From assembly GCA_045605805.1 (NCBI GenBank), contig JAZUQR010000008.1, forward strand, positions 32,001 through 96,000: a stretch of DNA of 64,000 nucleotides, given 5' to 3'. This document shows, piece after piece, positions 18,822-26,806 of this stretch (its first letter is position 1; each line of letters opens with the position of its first letter). A program made the translations under genes and the position numbers. The notes under the pieces were generated by a model, which made no database searches, had not been told where the DNA came from, and worked only from the letters and a program-made list of their open reading frames with translations. Source of the DNA: Alphaproteobacteria bacterium (GTDB lineage: Bacteria; Pseudomonadota; Alphaproteobacteria; CAAHEQ01; UBA3637).

Positions 18822-19871
18822 ATGAAGATAGAAGAGATATTTACATTTGAAAACTTGGTTGCGGCCCACAAAGCATGTCGGCTGAGTAAGCAACATAAAC
18901 GAGGAACAATCATGTTTGAAATTGAATTGGGGCGTAATGTCACCAATCTGGTCAAACAATTGACGGCTAGAACATATCGTTTAAGTCCTTACAGATCCTT
19001 TACCATTTATGATCCGAAGAAAAGATTAATTGAAGCGTTACCCTACAAAGACAGAGTGGTTTTAATGTGCTTTTGTCAGCATTCGGTAGCTCCCCGGCTA
19101 GAGAGACACCTGATTTATGACAATGCCGCTTCACGCAAAGAAAAAGGAACGCATTTTGCGGTAGAGAGATTGCATTCATTTATGCGAAAGCTGTACATCA
19201 AAAACAAAACAAATCGGATTTATTTTTTGAAATGCGATATCAGGAAATATTTTCAAAGCATCAATCATGAGATTTTATTGGAACTGTTGGCCAAGACCGG
19301 TTTTTCGGCTGATGAGATGTGGTTTTTAAGGATGATCATTGAATCACACGGTTCCATCGGGTTGCCTTTGGGTAATCAGACCAGCCAATGGTTTGCCTTG
19401 CTTTATTTGAACGGAATGGACAGGCTGATTAAAGAACGTCTGCGTATGTCCTGTTATGTGCGCTATATGGATGATTTTGTTATCCTAAGCGAAGATAAAG
19501 CCAAATTACAGCTGTGTAGAAAGCAAATTGATGAATATGTCAAAGGATTAAAGCTGTCCTTAAATCAAAAGACACAAATCGGGCTGTTATCGGATGGTAT
19601 TGATTTTTTGGGATTTAACCACAAATTATCGGCCACAGGTAAGATTATCAAATCTTTGCGTGGATCGGCCAAAAGCCGCCAAAGAAAATACCTGAAAACC
19701 ATCCGTCATTACTATTTGAATGATGTCCTGGATGATGAGTACCTAGACGTCCGTTTAGCCTCGTTTCGCGGGCATTTAAAGGGGACTAAGAACTGGATCC
19801 ATATCAGCAACCGCTTGGCTTCCTTAAAACACGAGAAACGCCGTACAAAAAAAATTGTTGCAGAACAATAA
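18822..19871 (+). CDS. DGR reverse transcriptase
   Basis: 349 aa; KCDIRKYF, GLPLGNQTSQ (DGR-type GxxxSQ), YVRYMDDF and GIDFLGF motifs; no maturase or endonuclease domain. Confidence 0.95.
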   Translation: MKIEEIFTFENLVAAHKACRLSKQHKRGTIMFEIELGRNVTNLVKQLTARTYRLSPYRSFTIYDPKKRLIEALPYKDRVVLMCFCQHSVAPRLERHLIYDNAASRKEKGTHFAVERLHSFMRKLYIKNKTNRIYFLKCDIRKYFQSINHEILLELLAKTGFSADEMWFLRMIIESHGSIGLPLGNQTSQWFALLYLNGMDRLIKERLRMSCYVRYMDDFVILSEDKAKLQLCRKQIDEYVKGLKLSLNQKTQIGLLSDGIDFLGFNHKLSATGKIIKSLRGSAKSRQRKYLKTIRHYYLNDVLDDEYLDVRLASFRGHLKGTKNWIHISNRLASLKHEKRRTKKIVAEQ

Positions 19872-19886
19872 ATTGTATGATATACT
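19858..19886 (+). promoter_or_regulatory. Sigma70-type promoter for the target operon
   Basis: TTGCAG-17 bp-TATACT with extended -10 TG; RBS AGGAGG at 19905. Confidence 0.55.
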
Positions 19887-19915
19887 GGGAGTATAAGCTA
19901 AATTAGGAGGCTCAT

Positions 19916-21865
19916 ATGGACTTTACGTTTTTGAAGGAAGATCAGATATGGGGCGATGGTGCCCTAGATGTAATGAAGCGTTATGGCACGAAGGTTGCGC
20001 CAACGGATCTGACAGTCATATTGGGTGGTTATATGACTGGTGGAGGTGATCGTACTTCTGAAGATGATCTAACTTGTGCCTCTTGGTCCGCGTCTTCAGA
20101 TGGACATGGAGGCGTGCGTTGCGTCCGCTGTGAGGGCGATGAGCACTGGGGTGGCACGCATGGACGTGTGATCTCGGCGCGCCCCGCTTTGCCTCCATCG
20201 GAGGCATCTAAAATCAGCCCGAGCGAAGCGAGAGCTATCGCTGGAATCCGCGTAGCGGAATATGGGGAATACCCGCAAACGGTCGCCGATGAACGCACCA
20301 GCGAGAAATTAGAAAGATTACATGATTCAAGATCTCTCCGTCCGACCGGAAAAAATTACACATTTGATTCAGTTGGTTTAACCGATTATGACACGTCTTT
20401 TAAGGCCACATCCTATCAGGAATATGAAATGGATGGCAAAAGGTATATCCGCGTTCCTGGACGGCCTGCTGACGACGATAGCAAACTATCTACTGGGGAA
20501 CAGGTAGAGTCCGGAAAACCCTACTGGGTTGAGGTCCAACCGATAGAATGGCTGATGGATAGAAGCGGCACAATGGTCGCCAAAAAATGCTTATTCGCCG
20601 GTATTCAATTTGATACAAAGAGCTCATATGACGGTGACTTCTCTAAAACGTCCATGAAACACTATTTGGACACTTATTTTGCCAAAGAAATGGAGCCAAC
20701 CGGACGTGTGGCCGCAAGAACGGTATCAAGAGACTATGAAGAAGAGCCGGAAAGAAAAGAACCCGTTAAAAAGAAAGAACCGACAGCCAGACAGAAGAAA
20801 TACGGGATCGAGGTATCTGATGAGCCTATGCCCGTCAAGGACCAAATAAACTTCTATATTCAAAACGGAATGAGCTTCATGCTCCATGGCCCGTCCGGTG
20901 TCGGTAAATCACAACGTGTGAAAGAAATTGATCCGGATTTGACCTCAATTACGCTGTGTAACGGAATTTTGCCTGAAGATGTTATCGGTAAAACAATCTA
21001 TCCAAACGGCGTGGGAGCCGATGGGGCCTCCGGTGGTGTTTGGGTGCCGCCTAAGTGGTACACGGATTTGTGCAGAAAATGCGAAACAGAACCGGACAAA
21101 CAGCACGTCTTATTTATCGATGAAGTGACCAATGCGCGTGAAACAACACAAAGTTTGATCTATCACGTAGCGTTGGAAAAATCAATTGCCCAGGGCGTTG
21201 GCAAACTGCCTAATAATGCTGTGGTCGTATTGGCCGGTAACAGCAAGGAAGAATCAGGAGCCGCTTATAACATGCCGGCCCCGTTGTTCAGACGTTTAAG
21301 CCATATTTACTTGGACTTGAATATTCAGGATTGGTTGGAATGGGGCTCGGAACACAGCAAGAGCCATCCGGAAGATCCGGATCGCTTAAACATCCATCCA
21401 TTAGTCGCCAGTTTTGTGGCAACCTACGGACGGCAAGTGTTCTATTCCGAGTATGATGAAGAAAACCCCGGCAAGTTTGCACTTGACCCACGAAAATGGG
21501 AAAAAGTATCAGATAAAATCTACGCTAATAAGGGTATGATGCGCCGTGAGATTTTGGAAGCTGATATCGGGCCTGAGTTGGCGGCCAGTTTGTTGTCTTA
21601 TGCTAAAAATCCGCCGCTATCCCTGGAAGAAGTGATTGAGGGCGAATATACCCGCGAGGATATTCCTACGGGACAGGATGCCCGTTTGGCGTTGGCGTTG
21701 AGTTTGCGTCATGCAACACCGAAACAAGTCGGGAAAGTACGTCAATTTGTTGAAACACAGTTAGGCGCAGAAAATCGTGCGATTTTTGACTCTGTTTGGG
21801 TGGGCAAGGATGATACACGCGCCATGCAGATTGCCACTTTACATAACTTAAAGGGAGGAAGATAA
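19916..21865 (+). CDS. DGR target: N-terminal variable CLec/DUF6273-like domain fused to a MoxR-type AAA+ ATPase
   Basis: VR at codons ~53-93; Walker A GPSGVGKS (aa ~325), Walker B LFIDE, LAGN, PAPLFRRL and DPRKWE. Confidence 0.88.
   Translation: MDFTFLKEDQIWGDGALDVMKRYGTKVAPTDLTVILGGYMTGGGDRTSEDDLTCASWSASSDGHGGVRCVRCEGDEHWGGTHGRVISARPALPPSEASKISPSEARAIAGIRVAEYGEYPQTVADERTSEKLERLHDSRSLRPTGKNYTFDSVGLTDYDTSFKATSYQEYEMDGKRYIRVPGRPADDDSKLSTGEQVESGKPYWVEVQPIEWLMDRSGTMVAKKCLFAGIQFDTKSSYDGDFSKTSMKHYLDTYFAKEMEPTGRVAARTVSRDYEEEPERKEPVKKKEPTARQKKYGIEVSDEPMPVKDQINFYIQNGMSFMLHGPSGVGKSQRVKEIDPDLTSITLCNGILPEDVIGKTIYPNGVGADGASGGVWVPPKWYTDLCRKCETEPDKQHVLFIDEVTNARETTQSLIYHVALEKSIAQGVGKLPNNAVVVLAGNSKEESGAAYNMPAPLFRRLSHIYLDLNIQDWLEWGSEHSKSHPEDPDRLNIHPLVASFVATYGRQVFYSEYDEENPGKFALDPRKWEKVSDKIYANKGMMRREILEADIGPELAASLLSYAKNPPLSLEEVIEGEYTREDIPTGQDARLALALSLRHATPKQVGKVRQFVETQLGAENRAIFDSVWVGKDDTRAMQIATLHNLKGGR
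20074..20192 (+). repeat. DGR variable repeat (VR)
   Basis: In-frame copy of TR with 17 A>G, 5 A>C and 1 A>T changes (counted by eye). Confidence 0.97.
20190..20206. other. Hairpin at the VR 3' end (candidate retrohoming recognition element)
   Basis: TGCCTCC-ATC-GGAGGCA, 7-bp perfect stem; absent after TR; preceded by the GC-only run CGGCGCGCCCCG. Confidence 0.65.
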
Positions 21866-21866
21866 A

Positions 21867-22331
21867 ATGTCATTAAAAGAAATACTCGAAAAAAGTCGGA
21901 AAAAACGCAAGAATGGCTTAGTCATTGGGCCTGATATAGGATGGCTTGGTCCGAAACCCGCCCGAACAAAAGCCGAAAAGATTAATCAAATCAAAACGGA
22001 ATTTATTGATGATAGAGCTTTGTTGATTGTCGGAGCTAAAGCATCCGATTTTGCAGAATATCCGAAGATAGAGGCTGATATCTCAGTTCAACGTTTGATT
22101 CAATATATGGATACGTTTGAAAAAACGGAAGATCATAAAGGTTTCTTGGTCATTGATGGGTTAGACAATATACCTGAATCTGAACAGGAAAAGTTTGTCC
22201 CCTTGTTAAAAGATCGGCAGATTTTATCCAGTAAGCTGCCAAATGAAGTTCAAATTTTGGTTCCTGTGAAAAAAATTGAAGACATTTCAAAAAGGATAAA
22301 ATCTCTGATATTTCCTCTGAAGGTGGTATAA
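21867..22331 (+). CDS. Small protein resembling a degenerate AAA+ core
   Basis: FLVIDGLD...EQ..FVPLLKDRQI...KLPNEVQILV parallels LFIDEVT...Q..IYHVALEKSI...KLPNNAVVVL of the upstream ATPase; no GKS/T. Confidence 0.55.
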   Translation: MSLKEILEKSRKKRKNGLVIGPDIGWLGPKPARTKAEKINQIKTEFIDDRALLIVGAKASDFAEYPKIEADISVQRLIQYMDTFEKTEDHKGFLVIDGLDNIPESEQEKFVPLLKDRQILSSKLPNEVQILVPVKKIEDISKRIKSLIFPLKVV

Positions 22332-24178
22332 TGATCAAAGATGTTTTAAAACAACAAGAAGAAATTCAATATATCAAGGAACAGGTTTTAGCCAAGTTTC
22401 CCTTACTTGGTGTGACGATGATGCCTTTGTCGGTTGTTCCTGATGATAGAATTGGGACAGCGGCCACGGATGGACATAAAATTATCTATTCTCCAAAGTT
22501 TTTTAACACCTTATCGGACGAACAAAAACAATTTGTCTTTGCGCATGAAGTGATGCATGTCGCTTTTAACCATATTTTGCGCAGTAAGGGTCGTAATCAA
22601 AGATTGTGGAATATCGCAACCGATTCTGTTATCAACCAAATCTTGAAAAATGAAAAATTGCCATTAGCGGAAGGTGGCGTTGATATTGCAGAAGCTGTCA
22701 ATCATTCGGCCGAGGAAATGTACGAAAAACTTTTGAAAAAGAAAGAACAGCGCGATCAGGAAAAACAGCAAAATCAAGAGCAAGATCAACAGCAACAACA
22801 ATCACAATCCGGTGGGACGGACCAGCCTCAGGATCAGGATGCACAAAATCAGCCTGAACAGGAACAACCTCAGGATCAAGACGGACAAAATCAATCCGGA
22901 CAAGACCAGCCTCAGGATCAAGACGGGCAAAAGGGACAAGAACAATCCGATCAACAATCAGACGGTTCAGAAAATCAAGATGAACAAAACAAAAATTCAT
23001 CAGAAGGCTCGGAAGGATCCGAACAACAGAAAGATCAATCTCAAGATGGTGATTCAAACTCTGAACAAAACAGTTCTTCCGGTCAGGGAGACGAAAATCA
23101 ATCTGATTCAAATTCCGAACAATCAAGCGACAATCAACAAGGATCCTCTAAACCTCAAAAAGGTGGTCAACGTTCGCAATCCGGTTCTTCCTCTCAATCA
23201 GAAGACACCGACTGGGATGACAGCAATATCGATTGGGACAATGAAGATGAACAAGTAGGCCACGATACACATGATATTTGGAAAGAAGCAGTTGAGCAAG
23301 CAGAACGTGAAGAACAACGAAAACAGGAAGCATCCAAAAAGAAAAGTTTATGGGATAAACTAAAAGAGAACATGGGGCAAAAAGAAGTTAAAGAGGATCA
23401 GCAAGGCGAACCTCAAGAAAAAGAAGCTCCTGTACCGCAAGATGAAAACATGGATGCGTATGAAAAAGGCTTCTTGGCAGAAAATCAAGAAAAACGTCAT
23501 GAGATGGCCGAACAGGTGCGCGAACAATTAAACAGGATAAAAGGAAGCCTCCGTCAATCAAATGATCATACCACAGTCGGGGATGTTGGGGAAACTCAAA
23601 CGCCGGTGGTTGATTGGAAAAAAATGCTTAAAAAATCTTTTGATGAAGAGCGTGATCGTTGGTCCTATCGTCGTTCCGGTTCTGAAAACGACTATATGGC
23701 TCGGGTAGAAGAATTGGAAGATGAAGGCCGTCCGGATACTGAGGTTATGTTGGATGTCAGCGGTTCTGTAAATATCCGCTTGTTACGTGAATTTTTAAGA
23801 CAACTTAAACCGTTACTTAAATCCTCTAAATTAAAGGTCGGTTGCTTTGATGAGTTTGTTTATGATTTTAAAGAAATAAAGACAAAAGAAGATATTGATC
23901 ATTTTCAAATTACGGCAACATCTCAATGGACTGAAAACTGGGATGCGGCTGTCCGGGCATTTTCTAAGAAAAAAGAAGTGAATAAAATTATTTTTACAGA
24001 CGGATATCCATGCCCAGGAACAATGCCTAAAGAAGATTTAAAGGGTAAGAATGTTATTTGGATAGTTTATGGAAATAAAGATTTTAATCCATGCTGTGGT
24101 AAAGTCATCCAGGTTTCTGAACGACAACTTCAGTCGTATATTCAGACGGCCGCTCCACTTTCTAGAGGTGGAAGATAA
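22331..24178 (+). CDS. HExxH metallopeptidase-like plus vWA domain protein (DUF2201-like MoxR partner)
   Basis: TAATDG, FAHEVMH and WNIATD.VIN N-domain; Q/D/S/E-rich linker; DVSGS MIDAS and FTDG motifs. Confidence 0.85.
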   Translation: MIKDVLKQQEEIQYIKEQVLAKFPLLGVTMMPLSVVPDDRIGTAATDGHKIIYSPKFFNTLSDEQKQFVFAHEVMHVAFNHILRSKGRNQRLWNIATDSVINQILKNEKLPLAEGGVDIAEAVNHSAEEMYEKLLKKKEQRDQEKQQNQEQDQQQQQSQSGGTDQPQDQDAQNQPEQEQPQDQDGQNQSGQDQPQDQDGQKGQEQSDQQSDGSENQDEQNKNSSEGSEGSEQQKDQSQDGDSNSEQNSSSGQGDENQSDSNSEQSSDNQQGSSKPQKGGQRSQSGSSSQSEDTDWDDSNIDWDNEDEQVGHDTHDIWKEAVEQAEREEQRKQEASKKKSLWDKLKENMGQKEVKEDQQGEPQEKEAPVPQDENMDAYEKGFLAENQEKRHEMAEQVREQLNRIKGSLRQSNDHTTVGDVGETQTPVVDWKKMLKKSFDEERDRWSYRRSGSENDYMARVEELEDEGRPDTEVMLDVSGSVNIRLLREFLRQLKPLLKSSKLKVGCFDEFVYDFKEIKTKEDIDHFQITATSQWTENWDAAVRAFSKKKEVNKIIFTDGYPCPGTMPKEDLKGKNVIWIVYGNKDFNPCCGKVIQVSERQLQSYIQTAAPLSRGGR

Positions 24179-24220
24179 GGTACAACGCCATTCTTAGGCG
24201 ATGAATGGGAAAGTGTTAAA

Positions 24221-26803
24221 TTAATATAAATTAGCCTCAAAAATTTGATAAAGGTCAAATTCTATACCGTCAACGCCTCTGATGAGGTCTATTTCATCTT
24301 CGGCGGCGACATCAATTCGGGCCTGATCTAAAAACAAGCCTTCTTCTTTTCGTTTAAGCTCTTTTTCAGCGACATTCAGCTGTTTTTGAATTCTTAATTC
24401 CGTGAGCCGGTCTGAAGCGGAGGATATTGTCTCACGAATTTTTTTAACCTCTTGCCTTGCTTCTGAAATGTTTTGCTCTAGGACAGATTTTTGGCGGCTG
24501 GCTTTTATTTTAATTAAATCAACATCCGTATCAAACTTTTTGGTATAATCATTTACATAACGTTCCTTAAGGTCGCGCTGGATGCGTGTATCTAACAAAT
24601 CTCGCGATGAACCGCCAGTCGTTTTTAGCCAATACGGATTCCTCTTTTCTTCAGCTATAAATTCACTAACCGGTTGATTGATAATTTTTTGGCATTCCTC
24701 ATCAGTCATGAGCCGTCCATCAGGTGTCGTACCAACCAAAATGTCATACTCTGATAAATACTGCCGGCGGCGATTACGTAAGACGATGTTATAGAACTTT
24801 ATATTGCATTTTTCTGTTGGCTCAACGGTTTTAATGTCCGCTTTGTCAGAGCATGATATTTCTTGTAAAATACCACGAACAAGCACGGATGTTAAAGTGA
24901 TGCGCCCTGCGACCGGCTTAAAATCTTTACTCATTCCATAAGTCCTGCGACCGGTGTATGGCACATTTCTTGTGCCGGTGTAATAGTAAAACATGTGCGG
25001 CAATTCTTCATCGTCCGGTAAAGTCAGCGTTTGATTGAAGTCATCGATCACATATTCCGGATGCTTTGTCGCAAAATAAAACTTCACAACTTCCCATAAA
25101 TCTTTATTCAAGAACTCCGCTTGTTCCTCTATGTATTTCGGCGAAACGGACACTTTCTCGGCAATATCTTTGGTAAAAGTGGTAAAGAGAGAACTTTCAG
25201 CCGCTGAAACAATGCGCTCATTCGGTTCGCGGTTTACTTCCAAGTTTGTTTCCATATCTGCGCGTATATCACTAAGCGTGCGGCGTTTTTGCAAAACATC
25301 TTCCAGTTTAACATCAAAATTACCGACAATATCGTCCGACATACCAAAAATGCCTTCAAATTGCAGGGTACGCTTGTTTATCAGCTCCAAAATACGGACA
25401 TCCGAGATATTTTCTTTGCTTAAAAGATTGATAACTAAAACATCGGATTGCTGGCCTTGTCGGTGGCAACGACAGATACGCTGTTCCATTTCCACGGCGT
25501 TATAAAGTAAATCATAGTTAACCACAACTGGACAATATTCAATATCCAAGCCTTTGGCCATAGCATCACTACAAATTAAAATTTGCAAATCTTTTTCTGC
25601 CCGAAAACGTGGCAGAGCATCATTTTCTGTATGCTTGATGACATTATATCCGGCGGTTTTAAGCAAATTTGCCAAAACTGGCACGGTGGCAAGATTATCC
25701 ACGAACACAATCGCTTTTTGTGTTTCTTTACGCAATTTTAAGTGTGCAAATGTCGTTTTAATAGCTTTTAGAAATTCTTCCATTTTGGCGGTTTGCGTAA
25801 TTTTTGCCGCCATATCGCGCATTGATTCCAAAATAACACGTTCATCGCCTTGTGTTCGCTCAATAGGTGCTTCCAACATTGTGGCAAATGCTTGTGGTGA
25901 TGAGGCCAAAATGTGGTAAAACATCAAAGTCAGTTGATAATTATCCATTTGCGGATAAGCCTGCTTTTCAGCTAAATTTAAGTATTTTTCGGTTAAATCA
26001 TAAATTTTCTTTTCATCATCTTTTGGTACGTAGTTCAAAACAATCGGTAAGCGACGTGTAAAGTTTACATACTGGCTCGCTTGGCTTTTAAGGGTACGAA
26101 AAGCGAATTGTGATACCCAATTTGATAGTTCTGGATAGTTTTCGGGCTTTCTGAAATACCGGCGATAAAAACTGTCAGGATCCGGCAGAACGCTTTCATC
26201 AATAAAATGTATCAATCCGTAAATATCCATGATACTCATTGTGATCGGCGTTGGCGTTAAAAGCAGTTTGAAAGCATCGCCGACAGCACCCTTAATGGTT
26301 GCAACTGATTTATTGTCCGGCTTAAAAAGAAAATCAGCCTCATCAAACACGGCCAAATCCCAACGAATGCTTTTGACTTTTTCTGCCTCACGGATAACAT
26401 CATCGTATGTGACAAGGCAAATACCTTTACTATCGGCAGTATATTCGGCCCATTTGATAACCGGCAAGGTGAACTCTTCATCAAGTTTTTGTTGCCATTG
26501 TGCCATAAGGTTTTGGGGTAAAACAACCAATATATGTTCTTTTCCCTCGTACCAACGTTGAACTACTACAAGCAAAGCCTCATAAGTTTTACCGAGTGAG
26601 CCTTCATCACATAAAATGCAACCTTTAATCAACCTAGATCGCAGGGCAAAACGGGCCGCGGCTATTTGATAAGGTAATACTTTAATTTTTGAAGAAGCAT
26701 AAACCGCCAGTAAATTATCGTCATCGCGAAAACTGGCCAATCGTCTGGCTTCCACCATAGCGGCAAATTCGGATACAAAACGATACGGCTTAGTCTCTTC
26801 CAT
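24221..26803 (-). CDS. SNF2/RapA-like helicase-family protein with degenerate motifs
   Basis: LPYQ, DEGSLGKT, FDEAD, LLTPTP, VVNYDL and EQRICRCHRQGQ; C-terminal coiled coil. Confidence 0.8.
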   Translation of the reverse strand: MEETKPYRFVSEFAAMVEARRLASFRDDDNLLAVYASSKIKVLPYQIAAARFALRSRLIKGCILCDEGSLGKTYEALLVVVQRWYEGKEHILVVLPQNLMAQWQQKLDEEFTLPVIKWAEYTADSKGICLVTYDDVIREAEKVKSIRWDLAVFDEADFLFKPDNKSVATIKGAVGDAFKLLLTPTPITMSIMDIYGLIHFIDESVLPDPDSFYRRYFRKPENYPELSNWVSQFAFRTLKSQASQYVNFTRRLPIVLNYVPKDDEKKIYDLTEKYLNLAEKQAYPQMDNYQLTLMFYHILASSPQAFATMLEAPIERTQGDERVILESMRDMAAKITQTAKMEEFLKAIKTTFAHLKLRKETQKAIVFVDNLATVPVLANLLKTAGYNVIKHTENDALPRFRAEKDLQILICSDAMAKGLDIEYCPVVVNYDLLYNAVEMEQRICRCHRQGQQSDVLVINLLSKENISDVRILELINKRTLQFEGIFGMSDDIVGNFDVKLEDVLQKRRTLSDIRADMETNLEVNREPNERIVSAAESSLFTTFTKDIAEKVSVSPKYIEEQAEFLNKDLWEVVKFYFATKHPEYVIDDFNQTLTLPDDEELPHMFYYYTGTRNVPYTGRRTYGMSKDFKPVAGRITLTSVLVRGILQEISCSDKADIKTVEPTEKCNIKFYNIVLRNRRRQYLSEYDILVGTTPDGRLMTDEECQKIINQPVSEFIAEEKRNPYWLKTTGGSSRDLLDTRIQRDLKERYVNDYTKKFDTDVDLIKIKASRQKSVLEQNISEARQEVKKIRETISSASDRLTELRIQKQLNVAEKELKRKEEGLFLDQARIDVAAEDEIDLIRGVDGIEFDLYQIFEANLY

Positions 26804-26806
26804 AAT

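Larger units (their letters stand above)
17815..20206 (+). mobile_element. Diversity-generating retroelement (avd-TR-RT with downstream target VR)
   Basis: All canonical components are present, with adenine-specific TR/VR divergence and a hairpin at the VR 3' end. Confidence 0.95.

Noticed and set aside
18822-19871. RT as a group II intron or retron enzyme
   Set aside because: No maturase or endonuclease domain and no retron VTG motif seen; the TR/VR pair and Avd identify it as a DGR RT.
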